DNA of 64,000 nt. It comes from an uncultured Acidimicrobiia bacterium (GTDB lineage Bacteria; Actinomycetota; Acidimicrobiia; Spongiisociales; ZC4RG35). The position numbers and the translations under genes were made by a program. Numbering within the stretch: position 1 is the first letter of the stretch; each line of letters opens with the position of its first letter. The stretch spans positions 318,626 through 382,625 of the forward strand of contig CAVYYV010000005.1 in assembly GCA_963772815.1 (NCBI GenBank). Reading direction: 5' to 3'. The notes beneath the pieces were generated by a model, which was not told where the DNA came from, did no database searches, and was given only the letters and a program-made list of their open reading frames with translations. Below, piece by piece: positions 9,007 through 18,887 of this stretch.

Positions 9007-10830
9007 TCAGGACATCGCCACGGTGCCCCGTCTCCACGACTCGTACAGATGCCCGTATACACCGCCCTCCGTCAGGAGCTCCTCATGGGTGCCGTCCTGG
9101 ACCAGTCGGCCGTGGTCGAAGACGAGGACCCGGTCCGCCTTCTCGGCGGTGGACATGCGATGGGCGATGGTGACCACGGTCCTCCCGCTGGCCAGCTCGT
9201 CCATGGCCCGGGCGATCCGGACCTCGGTGGCCGGGTCCACGGCCGAGGTCGCCTCATCCAGAACCAGCAGATCCGGGTCGGCAATGGCGGCCCGCACCAG
9301 AGTGACCAGTTGCCTCTCTCCCACCGAGAGGGCGCTGCCCCGCTCGCCGACGGGGGTTCCCAGCCCGGCAGCCAGCTCATCCAGCCAACCCTCCAGGGCC
9401 AGTGCCTCGAAGGCGCCTCGCACGTGCTCGTCAGAGGCGTCCGGACGGCCCATCCTCACGTTGTCAGCGATCGTGCCGGAGAACAGCATCCCTTCCTGGG
9501 GCACCATCACCACCCGGTCCCGCAAGGAGTCGAAACGAACCGTTGACACGTCGACGTCCCCCACTCTGACCACTCCTTCGGTCGGATCCATCAGCCGGGT
9601 GAGTAGCTTGGCGAAGGTGGTCTTTCCGGACCCGGTCTCACCCACCACAGCCACCTTCTGGCGGGGCTCGATGCGGACATCGAGCCCCGTGAGCGCAGCA
9701 GAGCCGGTGGCGGCCTCGGCCGACTCGCCCGGCTTGGGATAGCGAAACGTGACTCCGGCGAAGGTCACTCCGAGCGGCCAGTCGGGTAGGGCCACTCCTT
9801 TCGCTCCCGGATCGGCCACGTCGGGGGGAATTCCCAGGATGTCGAGAACCCGCCGCCATCCGGCCACCGCGGTCTGAGCCTCGTTCACCGCCTCGCCCAG
9901 GACCTGGACCGGCTGGATGAACAACTGGACCAGGAACAAGAAGGCCACCACCCGGCCCACCGTGGTCAGGCCGTGAACCGCCAGCAGAGTCCCCACCACC
10001 ACCACCCAGGCCAGGACAAAGCCAGACAGGATCTCACCGGCCCCGGAGAACGCAGCCGAGAGGCTCCCGGCCTCTACTCCGGCTCGGCGATGCTCCTCGA
10101 TCGCCAGCCCCAGCCGCCGCTGGATCCTGCCCTCGATTCCGTAAGCGCGAATCACCGGGGCCCCGACGACGACCTCGGCCAGCACTGCCAGCATCCGGCC
10201 CACCTTCTCACGCACGATCAGGTAAGCCCTGTCGAGCCTGCTCTGAAACCAGCGCATGGTCAGCACGATGATCGGTAGGGACGCCACCACCACCCCGGCC
10301 AGCGGAGGCGAGTAGAACACCATCACGACCAGCGCCAGGAGGGCCTGGCCTCCGTTGGTGATCAGCATCAACCCGGCCCACTGCATGAAGCGGCTGATCT
10401 CGTCGACATCGGAGGTGACCCGGGAAACGAGGGACCCCCTCTGCTCCGAGGCCTGATGGAGCATGGAGAGGTCGTGGATGTGCCGAAAAGCACGGATACG
10501 CAGGCCTGAGAGGGCCGTCTCCGACACCTTGGCCAAACGCACGTTCATCCACCCAGTCGCCCCGGCCGTCACGATCACCGCCCCCAGCGCCAGGAGGCAC
10601 ATCCTGATGACGAACTTCATGTCGACCTGTCCCGCACTCAGACCGCCGTCCAGTATCTGTTGGATGGCGATGGGGACCACGACCCGGCCCGCTGTCGCCA
10701 CCAGAGCCAGAAGCAACGTTCCCGGCAGCCCACGACGCAACTCCGGGGAGAGGCGGAGACCCCGCTTGATCGTCTTCCAGGCACCGGAACGGGCCCGGCC
10801 GGAGTTCCTCGGGGCCGCCACAGCCGTCAC
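9007..10830 (-). CDS. ABC transporter, fused permease/ATP-binding exporter
   Basis: 607 aa. TM domain followed by GETGSGKTT Walker A, LSVGERQL signature-like and LVLDEATSAVD Walker B. Start overlaps the upstream ABC gene by 4 bp. Confidence 0.82.
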   Translation of the reverse strand: MTAVAAPRNSGRARSGAWKTIKRGLRLSPELRRGLPGTLLLALVATAGRVVVPIAIQQILDGGLSAGQVDMKFVIRMCLLALGAVIVTAGATGWMNVRLAKVSETALSGLRIRAFRHIHDLSMLHQASEQRGSLVSRVTSDVDEISRFMQWAGLMLITNGGQALLALVVMVFYSPPLAGVVVASLPIIVLTMRWFQSRLDRAYLIVREKVGRMLAVLAEVVVGAPVIRAYGIEGRIQRRLGLAIEEHRRAGVEAGSLSAAFSGAGEILSGFVLAWVVVVGTLLAVHGLTTVGRVVAFLFLVQLFIQPVQVLGEAVNEAQTAVAGWRRVLDILGIPPDVADPGAKGVALPDWPLGVTFAGVTFRYPKPGESAEAATGSAALTGLDVRIEPRQKVAVVGETGSGKTTFAKLLTRLMDPTEGVVRVGDVDVSTVRFDSLRDRVVMVPQEGMLFSGTIADNVRMGRPDASDEHVRGAFEALALEGWLDELAAGLGTPVGERGSALSVGERQLVTLVRAAIADPDLLVLDEATSAVDPATEVRIARAMDELASGRTVVTIAHRMSTAEKADRVLVFDHGRLVQDGTHEELLTEGGVYGHLYESWRRGTVAMS

Positions 10831-12659
10831 GAGACCGCTTCCGACTCGTAGGCGTCGATGAGGTCGGCGTAGGCAGCGAGGCTGGCATAGAGCTCCTCGT
10901 GAGATCCGCGACCGGTCACTCGTCCGTCCTCGACGAAGATGACTTCGTCGGCCAGGACGATCGAGGATCGCCGATAGGCAACGATGACCACCGTGGTCTC
11001 CAGGCCGGCAAGGCCGGCCAGGATGTCAGTCTCCACGGCCGGATCGACTGCCGAGGTGGCATCGTCGAGAACCAGCAGCCGGGGACGGCGGATCAGGGCC
11101 CGGGCCAGGGCGATCCTCTGGCGCTGACCTCCCGACAGAGTGGCCCCCCGTTCCCCGACATGAGATTCATAACCGTCGGGCAAATCGGTGATGAACTGGT
11201 GCGCCCGGGCGATCCTGGCCGCCCCGACCACATCGGCGTCGTCGAATTCGCCACCGAGGGTGATGTTGGCCCGAATCGTGTCGTCGAAGAGGAAGGCCTC
11301 CTGAAACACCAGCGCGGTGGAGTCGGCCAGCGCATCACGGCCCAGGTCGACCAGACCCCGACCGTCGAGGTCGATGCGACCTCGATCGGGATCGAACAAG
11401 CGGACCAGTAGTTGGGCGATGGTCGACTTCCCCGAGCCGGTGGGACCCACGAGCGCCACCGTCTTTCCTGGTGCGACCTCGAGCGTTACCGACTCGATCC
11501 CCCGCCGGTCGGCCTCGGCCCCCCGGTCGATCACCTCCTCGGCATCGGCCAGATCGGCCACCGACGTCTCTGGATACAGGTATCCGACATCGTCGGTGGC
11601 GGCCGAGGCGCCCCCCTGGCCCAGCAGGCTGTCTGGTCCGTACCCCACTTCCTGTCGGGTGTTGAGGACTCCTTCGACCCGGTTCCAACCCACGACAGCC
11701 CTGGGCAACTCGCCCAGCAGCCAGCCGAAGACGCGCATGGGAATGGCCACCAATCGGAACAGGAATGCAAACGTCACCAGGTCGCCGGCGGACAGGAACC
11801 CTTGGTCTACCCGCCACGAGCCGACTGCGAGGATGGCGAGGATGGCGATGTTGGGCAACGCTTCCACCACCGGGTCGAAGGCCGCCCGCAGCCTGCCCAC
11901 GTCCACCATCCGATCGCGCAGCAGGTCCGAGCGGGCTCCGAATCTGCCCACCTCGGCATCCTCTCTCCCCAGGGTCTTGACCACCAAAGCGGCATCGAAA
12001 GACTCGTGTGCGATCTCTGCGACCTCGGCCCGGAGGCGCTGGGCGGTGGCGGCCGCCGCTCTCATGCGACGCTGATAGAGAAAATTCACGACGCCTATGG
12101 CCGGCCCCGCGGCGAAGCCCACCAAAGCCAGGTAGGGGTCTGTCAGGACGAGCAGGATCGCCGTAGTGATCAGCATCACCAGAACCCCGAAGGCCATCGG
12201 GAGGGGATTGGCGATGAAGGCAGCGGACTCCACATCGGCGTTCGTGTTGGATAGGAGCTGGCCGGTCGGATGGCGTCTGTGCCACTCGATGGGAAGCCTC
12301 AGATACCGATCCGTCACCTCGACCCGGTCACGGGCCTGCAGTCGATAGTTGGCGGCGTAGGCACCTAGGCGGCGGCCGGTGATACCGATGCCCCGGGCGA
12401 CGGAGATCCCGAACACGGCCATTCCTGCTCCAACCAGCGTGGAGACGGCAACCTCGCCCGACTTGACCGCAGGTAGGAGAACGGAATCGGTGATCCAGCC
12501 CAGGACGAACGAAGACGCCACCGTGGCGGCGGCGAACAGCAGCGTTCCGATGCCTCCCACCACGAACTGGCGAGGGGCGCGTCGCAGCTGGCGACGGATG
12601 AGGGCCCACCCCCGGCCACGCAGGCCACTGGCGGCGGGATCTTCGAGGACACGGCTCAC
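10827..12659 (-). CDS. ABC transporter, fused permease/ATP-binding exporter (partner of 9007..10830)
   Basis: 610 aa. TM domain followed by GPTGSGKST, LSGGQRQRIALARAL, LLVLDDATSAVD. Confidence 0.82.
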   Translation of the reverse strand: MSRVLEDPAASGLRGRGWALIRRQLRRAPRQFVVGGIGTLLFAAATVASSFVLGWITDSVLLPAVKSGEVAVSTLVGAGMAVFGISVARGIGITGRRLGAYAANYRLQARDRVEVTDRYLRLPIEWHRRHPTGQLLSNTNADVESAAFIANPLPMAFGVLVMLITTAILLVLTDPYLALVGFAAGPAIGVVNFLYQRRMRAAAATAQRLRAEVAEIAHESFDAALVVKTLGREDAEVGRFGARSDLLRDRMVDVGRLRAAFDPVVEALPNIAILAILAVGSWRVDQGFLSAGDLVTFAFLFRLVAIPMRVFGWLLGELPRAVVGWNRVEGVLNTRQEVGYGPDSLLGQGGASAATDDVGYLYPETSVADLADAEEVIDRGAEADRRGIESVTLEVAPGKTVALVGPTGSGKSTIAQLLVRLFDPDRGRIDLDGRGLVDLGRDALADSTALVFQEAFLFDDTIRANITLGGEFDDADVVGAARIARAHQFITDLPDGYESHVGERGATLSGGQRQRIALARALIRRPRLLVLDDATSAVDPAVETDILAGLAGLETTVVIVAYRRSSIVLADEVIFVEDGRVTGRGSHEELYASLAAYADLIDAYESEAVS

Positions 12660-12707
12660 GCCGGGTGAGGGTATCCGCCCTTCTCAGGGGGCGGTAGTCG
12701 AGCCTTC

Positions 12708-13616
12708 TCAGGCCTCGATCATCATTCCCATGTCTACCGGGATGGTCGTGGCCTCCCAGTAGGAGCCGATCCGGGCCACGAACCGCCCCGGCTTCTCCGC
12801 ATAGACCCGGGTTCCCAAGATCTGAGCGGCTCGCTGCAGCTCAGCTCTCCGATGCTGGGCCAGGGCGGCGAAGAGGGCACGGTCGACATCATCGGGACTC
12901 AGACTGGGATCGACCGACAGGAGGGAGAGCAGCTCGGCAAGGTCGTGCTCCTCCCCGAGGATCGCGCCCAGGCGATCCAGGGCAGCGGCGTTGGCGTCCA
13001 TGACCTCGGGCCAGAGGGGGTTCAGGACCTCGATCTGGTGGCGCAGATACTTGACCCGCTTGCGCCACAGGTGGAAGTTGCGGGCCTTGGGACGGCTCAG
13101 GGCCTCGTTCATCTCCGCCCGCCCTCTGCCGTAGGTTTGCTCGAGGCCGGGAGCGATCGCCTTGAAGCTGTTGCGGATGGCCGATCCGTAGACCTTCCTC
13201 TCCCTCTCGCCCACCGGCCACCCGGCGAAGCGCGCCCGGGCCCGCTCCAGCACCGCCACAACCCGATCGACGGCATCGCTCTCGTAGATCACCCGATGAC
13301 GAATGTGGAGGGCTCTTTCGTCGAGCCGCTCGGCCAGATCGTCGAACACGTCGATGGGTAGGGAGCCTTCGAAACGGGCGGCCAGGTTGGTCACGGTCTC
13401 GACGGCCACGGCGCTGGCCCGAACACCGGAGATCAACCGGCCGGCGTCCCGAAGGGTGCGGTTCTCGTAGCGGTAGGCCTTGTCGCCGATCTCGGATCGG
13501 ACGAGGCGCAGGATGGCTCTGAGCCGCTTCAGTGACTTGCGAGCTTCGTGCAGGGCCTTGTCCACGTCGCCACCTCGATCCCTGAGCAAGCGTGTGGCCG
13601 ACGTCAGCTGGCTCAT
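12708..13616 (-). CDS. CHAD domain-containing protein
   Basis: ORF 12708..14357 has an implausible low-complexity N-terminus. The conserved part starts at M248 (MSQLTSATRLLRD...) and contains HEARKSLKRLRAILRL and FHLWRKRVKYLRHQIEVL, the basic/His helical motifs of CHAD domains. Confidence 0.65.
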   Translation of the reverse strand: MSQLTSATRLLRDRGGDVDKALHEARKSLKRLRAILRLVRSEIGDKAYRYENRTLRDAGRLISGVRASAVAVETVTNLAARFEGSLPIDVFDDLAERLDERALHIRHRVIYESDAVDRVVAVLERARARFAGWPVGERERKVYGSAIRNSFKAIAPGLEQTYGRGRAEMNEALSRPKARNFHLWRKRVKYLRHQIEVLNPLWPEVMDANAAALDRLGAILGEEHDLAELLSLLSVDPSLSPDDVDRALFAALAQHRRAELQRAAQILGTRVYAEKPGRFVARIGSYWEATTIPVDMGMMIEA

Positions 13617-13826
13617 GCTCAGCCGCTGCAACCCCTCACCAAGCGGCTCGCCTGCACGCAGGAGGAATGCTTCTGAAGACACTGCGGGAAGGTAGCGGCC
13701 CCGGTCGGGGTCGAGGTGGCGCTGCACCCCCCAGATGGTAATGAGGGCGGTTCGGCCCGCGCTTGACAACCCCTGGTCCCGTCCACATGATCGGCCTGAA
13801 GATCGGGGAGATCGCATGGGACGCGC

Positions 13827-14276
13827 ATGATGAAGTCGGCCGGAGTTCTGCCGTACCGCCAAAACTCTCGCTTGGAAGTCCTGGTGGCTCACCCGGGTGG
13901 CCCTTTCTGGGCAAACAAAGACGAGGGCGCCTGGTCTGTGGTCAAAGGCCTGATCGAGGAGGGGGAAGACCCCCGCGCCACGGCCCGACGGGAGTTCACC
14001 GAAGAGACGGGATGGCGGCCGCCTGGCCCACCCTGGGTCGAACTGGGCGAGGTGCGCCTGCGGTCCGGCAAACACGTCGTCGCCTGGGCGGCCGCCGCCG
14101 ACTACGACCCCGCCACCCTCCAGCCGGGTGAGTTCACCACCACCCTGCGCGGCCACCAGGTGAGCTTCCCCGAGATCGACCGGGTGGCCTGGTTCGACCT
14201 GACCGCGGCCAGACGCAAGCTGAACCCTGTTTACGGAGAGTTTCTCGACCGCCTGGAAGCCCATCTGGCCCGATAG
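13827..14276 (+). CDS. NUDIX hydrolase
   Basis: 149 aa with a Nudix box GxxxxxExxxxxxxREFTEETG (ARREFTEETGW). Confidence 0.75.
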   Translation: MMKSAGVLPYRQNSRLEVLVAHPGGPFWANKDEGAWSVVKGLIEEGEDPRATARREFTEETGWRPPGPPWVELGEVRLRSGKHVVAWAAAADYDPATLQPGEFTTTLRGHQVSFPEIDRVAWFDLTAARRKLNPVYGEFLDRLEAHLAR

Positions 14277-14316
14277 CGTTGAATCAACCGAGAACCGGAC
14301 CATTTGAAGGAGAGCC

Positions 14317-14721
14317 ATGATCCCCAAGACCGAGGCCGACTGGCGTGAGAAGCTCAACCCGGAGCAGTATCAGGTGTTGCGCAAGTCGGGCACCGAACGG
14401 GCCTTCACGGGCCGTTACTGGGATGAGCACGCCGATGGCGTTTACCGATGTGCCGGGTGTGGAGAGCCGCTCTTCTCGTCCCAGACCAAGTTCGAGTCCG
14501 GATCCGGCTGGCCCAGCTTCTACCAGCCGATGCCAGACGCCGGAATCGAGGAGTCGGAGGATCGTTCCTACGGGATGGTCCGCACCGAGGTCAAGTGTGC
14601 CAAGTGTGGAGGACACCTGGGTCACCTGTTCCCGGACGGACCCAAGCCCACCGGGCTCCGCTACTGCATCAACTCGGCAGCACTTGACCTAGAGCCAACT
14701 GAGGAAGAAGCCGAAACCTGA
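14317..14721 (+). CDS. msrB: peptide-methionine (R)-S-oxide reductase
   Basis: 134 aa. [13 protein letters not shown]...[13 protein letters not shown] contains the two CxxC zinc motifs and the catalytic region of MsrB/SelR. Confidence 0.9.
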   Translation: MIPKTEADWREKLNPEQYQVLRKSGTERAFTGRYWDEHADGVYRCAGCGEPLFSSQTKFESGSGWPSFYQPMPDAGIEESEDRSYGMVRTEVKCAKCGGHLGHLFPDGPKPTGLRYCINSAALDLEPTEEEAET

Positions 14722-14806
14722 TCTCAGTGGCCGGGCGGTGACACCCCGCCAGGGTGATAGATGATCCACTTGCCTCTGGCGGCCGCACAGCACCGATCCG
14801 TCGGAT

Positions 14807-15706
14807 TCAAGGCAGGGTGATGGGCGTTTCGGGCACCGCAACTCGGACCGTGGCGACTGTTCCCGAAACAGACACCGTCGTTCCCTGGTCGGAGGTGATG
14901 CTGGGGCAGTCGACCGTGACCGACCACACTCCCACCTCCTCCCGCTCGGCCACGAGTTCAGTTGTCACCGAGCAATTGGATTCCTCACCCGACCAGAACT
15001 CGTTTCCGGCGGCGAATTGGTCGAGATGGAACGGCTGCCCCGGGTCTGCGCGAAGGGTCATGGTGGCGAAGTCGAAGTCGCCGAACTTGCCGATGAAGTA
15101 GATCACGGAGCCCTGATCGGCGTCGGTCCATCTCGCCGTCTGAATTGGCGCCTCGAGACTCATGTCGCCTGCCACGACCAGGGTGCCACCCAGCTCGACG
15201 GGGGGTCGCCGGACAAAGTCCACCGGAAGGCGAATGGCTCCCTCCATGCTGATCGTGTGCTTCTGGTGGATGTCTGTCACGACGGGACAGGACACGTCGA
15301 CCACCACGGTCGCCTTCTCGACACCCTTGGCCGGCTGCATGTCACAATCGGAAGGATCCGGGAAGAAGTCCAGGCCCGGTAGGTGCACCTGGTCGACGTA
15401 GGCCCCATGGGCGGGGTCCACGGCCACATCGACCTCGCCGAGACTCAGAGAGTCGGTGCTCTTGAACGCCTGGTAAGCCCCTTCGCCCTCGAAGACGAGG
15501 GTCGTGGCGACATCGCCCGTGATGTCGATTTCTCCAATCGTCATCTCGGGTCCCTCGACCTCGGTCGTTGGCTCACCCTCAACTCCGATCCCGGTTCCGG
15601 CCGTTCCGAGCAGCCACCGACCCAGCCCGAACGCCGCCAGGAGTGTGAGCAATGCAACTCCTCCTAGAACCCCCACCGCGCTGGCGCTGCGCCGGTTACT
15701 TCCCAC
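14807..15706 (-). CDS. hypothetical membrane-anchored/secreted protein
   Basis: 299 aa. N-terminal hydrophobic segment (VLGGVALLTLLAAFGLG). Acidic, Thr/Val-rich beta-type composition. No domain recognised. Confidence 0.55.
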   Translation of the reverse strand: MGSNRRSASAVGVLGGVALLTLLAAFGLGRWLLGTAGTGIGVEGEPTTEVEGPEMTIGEIDITGDVATTLVFEGEGAYQAFKSTDSLSLGEVDVAVDPAHGAYVDQVHLPGLDFFPDPSDCDMQPAKGVEKATVVVDVSCPVVTDIHQKHTISMEGAIRLPVDFVRRPPVELGGTLVVAGDMSLEAPIQTARWTDADQGSVIYFIGKFGDFDFATMTLRADPGQPFHLDQFAAGNEFWSGEESNCSVTTELVAEREEVGVWSVTVDCPSITSDQGTTVSVSGTVATVRVAVPETPITLP

Positions 15707-15775
15707 CGGGCTTCTGCTCTTGGGTATAGGCGATGAAGTTCATGTACCTGAAAGGGTGAAAGTTTCGCAGTTCGC

Positions 15776-15991
15776 TCACTGGCAGCACTGCCTCATGGCA
15801 GGTCGTCGAGGTATTGGACGACGTTCGTATGTCCGTTGTCCAGAGCGGCTCCCACCCGGGGGCGTCTTGTACTCGCGGGGAGCGACCTCATCGATGTAGT
15901 CGTCGTACTCGTTGGAGCGTCTCCACAGCCAGTAAGAGCCCACGACCACCACGACCAGGAACCCGATAACGATCCACCAGGCAGCATCCAT
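15776..15991 (-). CDS. small hypothetical membrane protein
   Basis: 71 aa starting with one TM helix (MDAAWWIVIGFLVVVVVGSYWLWRR). GC3 is high in the first half, but rare codons in the second half make the real extent uncertain. Confidence 0.3.
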   Translation of the reverse strand: MDAAWWIVIGFLVVVVVGSYWLWRRSNEYDDYIDEVAPREYKTPPGGSRSGQRTYERRPIPRRPAMRQCCQ

Positions 15992-16189
15992 GATTCACAG
16001 TCTTACAGACAGTGAGGAACAACGCTCGAACTCGTGCGGAATGTGCAGGCAGCGACCTGCACCGGGGAGTGGTCCCCATTTCTGTCTGATCCAACAGAGT
16101 TGATCATGTCGGTCGGCCGTGACCCGAGAACCGCACGGAACGTCGGTGCGTAATGGCAGGCAAGTCGATCACGAGAGAAGGGAAGATCG

Positions 16190-16702
16190 ATGAAGAGACG
16201 CACGATGTTGACGGTGATGCTGGCGGCGATCCTCATCGCCGGGTCGATTTCGGCGGTTGGCGCCGACGAGTCGAAGCTGCTGGACACCAATGCCATGGTC
16301 GGCGTACCCCGTCCCTACACGGGTGCGACGAACGCTATCCGCGGTGTGCCCGGCGGCGGTCTCCCTTGGGTGATCGATTTCGGCAAGGCGAAGGTCAGCC
16401 CCGAGGGCAGCGTGGACGTGCAGGTCAAGGGATTGGTGTTCGATCCGGATGATGAGGCTGTGATCGGACTGGGCATTGGCGGCACCAACACCGTTCCCAA
16501 CTTCAAAGCGATCGTCAGCTGTCTCAGCAAGGACGCAGATGGGAATCCCGTCACAGTCAATGTCTCGACCGGCCTCTTCCCGGCCGACACCAACGGTAAC
16601 GCTCACATCGATGACGAGGTTTCCCTCCCGGAGCCCTGCATTGCCCCGGTCGTCTTCGTGACCAGCCCCGGTGGCGCCTGGTTCGCTTCGACCGGTTCAT
16701 AA
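16190..16702 (+). CDS. hypothetical secreted protein
   Basis: 170 aa with a signal peptide (MKRRTMLTVMLAAILIAGSISAVGA). No domain recognised. Confidence 0.55.
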   Translation: MKRRTMLTVMLAAILIAGSISAVGADESKLLDTNAMVGVPRPYTGATNAIRGVPGGGLPWVIDFGKAKVSPEGSVDVQVKGLVFDPDDEAVIGLGIGGTNTVPNFKAIVSCLSKDADGNPVTVNVSTGLFPADTNGNAHIDDEVSLPEPCIAPVVFVTSPGGAWFASTGS

Positions 16703-16731
16703 CCCGCCGGCGAGGTGACGGGACGACCCGG

Positions 16732-17316
16732 TCAGCGCACGGCCCGGGCTGCTCCCACCACGTCGAGAAGCAGGTCAGGGTCTACGGGCGGTGATGGGAC
16801 GTTGGCCACGGCAAGCCTTCCGTGGGCGATTCCGTCGGTCATCTCCACCTCGGCTCCCAGCTCGTCGAGAATGGACCGCATGGGTCCGTTGTCGGAGAGG
16901 ACCTCGAACTCGAGGGTCCCAAACCCGACATTGGCCGCCACCACTGCCAGCGCTAGCACCAGGAACCGGCCCAAACCACGGCCCTGGTAGTCATCCAGAA
17001 CCGTGACTGCCACTTCCGCCGCGGTCGGGTCGGTGGAGGTCTTGGCGTATCGACCCACGGCCGCCGCGTCTCCCTCGACCAGCAGGCCCCAGGCGAACCG
17101 ATCGAACATGTCGAGATCGGTGAGCTGGGTCAACTCGTGCTCGGAGAGCGAGGTGACGGGGGAGAAGAAGCGGTAATAACGCGACCGCTCCGACAGGCGG
17201 GTGAAGGCCTCGCTGAGCAGGGCGCGATGATTGGGACCGAGCGGGATCAACTCAACGGGCGCACCGTTGAGGTTGAAGGAAGCTGTCTTGGGGGGGCGCC
17301 AGATCTCAACCGACAT
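16732..17316 (-). CDS. GNAT family N-acetyltransferase
   Basis: ORF 16732..17583 is a read-through. Conserved part from M90 (MSVEIWRPP...) has an acetyl-CoA binding region (VTVLDDYQGRGLGRFLVLALAVVAANVGF) typical of GNAT. Confidence 0.7.
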   Translation of the reverse strand: MSVEIWRPPKTASFNLNGAPVELIPLGPNHRALLSEAFTRLSERSRYYRFFSPVTSLSEHELTQLTDLDMFDRFAWGLLVEGDAAAVGRYAKTSTDPTAAEVAVTVLDDYQGRGLGRFLVLALAVVAANVGFGTLEFEVLSDNGPMRSILDELGAEVEMTDGIAHGRLAVANVPSPPVDPDLLLDVVGAARAVR

Positions 17317-17567
17317 TTCGTCTCTCTGCTTGCAACTGCAAGCATACCGCACGCGGGTTTCAAAGCCAGGCTCAGTAGAGACGCCGGTTACGAAAGAGAT
17401 CCCCTCCCTGCCCCTGTCTCCTCCCCCGAAGGGGGAGGTGGCGAACGCAGTGAGCCGGAGGGGATCCGGAACACCCGGAGACACGCAGGAAGCTCCCCCG
17501 TCGGGGGGAAGAGAACGAGGGGTTCCGACTTCGCGGGACTGGGTGGGCTCGCTTAGCCTGCTGGCGC

Positions 17568-18756
17568 GTGTCACGGCGTCCACCTCTCGTCTTCATCTTC
17601 ACGATCACGCTGACCGGGATCCTCAACAACACCCTGGTCACTCCGGCCATACCCGACATCCTGGCCGAGTTCGGCGTCCCAGATCAGCGAGCCGGAGTGC
17701 TGGTTGCGGCAGGATCGGTGGCGGGAATCGTCGTCGCGCCGTTGATCGGAATCTTGGCGGACCGGTATGGCCGCCGCCTGGTGCTGACGACTTGCCTGGG
17801 CCTGTTCGGCGCCTTCGGGGGCGTGGCCGCCATCTCACCCTCCTTCACGATCCTGCTGTGGTCGACGCGTCCTCCAGGGGGTGGGATCGGCGGGTTTGAT
17901 CAACCTGGCGGTGGTCCTGATCGGCGATCACTGGGACGGAGCCATGCGCACCCGGCTGGTGGGGCGCAACTCAGCCATCCTCACAGTGGGCCTGGCCTCG
18001 CTGCCCCTTCTGTCGGGAACCGTGACCGAGGCTGCAGGCTGGAGGGTGACCTTCGCCATCTACACGATCGCCCTTCTGATGGCGGTCTTAACCCTGGTGG
18101 TGCTGGACGAGTCCCGACCTGAGAACCCTCCCCCCATTCGCCGGCAGCTGAGCGGAGCCGGCGAGGTCGTGCGCCAGCCTGAGGTGGTGGTCACCTTCGT
18201 GATCGGCTTCGTGGTGTTCATCATGATCTTCGGGTTGCTGCTGACCGTGTTCCCGCTCCATCTCGAGCAACGATTCGGGATGTCGGCCGCTACCCGCGGC
18301 CTGATGATCTCAGTGCCGGCCGTCACCTCGTCGCTGGCGGCGTTCAACCTGGGACGGATCCGGGCACATCTCTCGCCCCGCACCATCGTCATCGCCGGGT
18401 CGACGATCTTCATAGCCGCGTTCCTGATCCTGGGTGCCTCGACGGTGGTGCTGTTCACGGTCCTGGGAGCTCTCCTGTATGGATGCTCGGAGGGGATGTT
18501 CATCCCCACCATCCAGGATCTGGCCATGGCCACCTCGCCCAACGAGCACCGGGGAGCGGTCGTAGCGGTGTGGGTGGGTGCCGCCCGACTCGGACAGACC
18601 GTAGGTCCGCTTCTGGCCGGACTGGCCCTGGCAGCCTGGGCCCCGGGGACCACACTGATGATCGGGTCCGCCCTGGCGGGCCTGATACTCCTCATCGGGC
18701 TCTTCGGCCCTCTCTCTCGGTCCACAACCCCGGCCGCACCGAGGCAGCGGCACTAG
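17568..18756 (+). pseudogene. MFS transporter disrupted by a frameshift (ORFs 17568..18122 and 17881..18756)
   Basis: First ORF ends ...ADRYGRRLVLTTCLGLFGAFGGVAAISPSFTILLWSTRPPGG and then goes out of frame. The second frame reads RRVLQGVGSAGLINLAVVLIGDHWDG..., the expected continuation after MFS motif A. A 1-bp change near ~17856-17860 restores ...SFTILLGRRVLQGVGSAGL.... Confidence 0.7.
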
Positions 18757-18887
18757 CCTCTCGTTCAGCATGGCCCGCATTTCCACATCGACTCGAGCCT
18801 TCGGCTCGGGGAGGACGCGAGAATCACGACGCCTCCGGGTTCTACGGGCGATTCGCCCCTCCTCGCATCTCCGACGACGCCGAGGTG

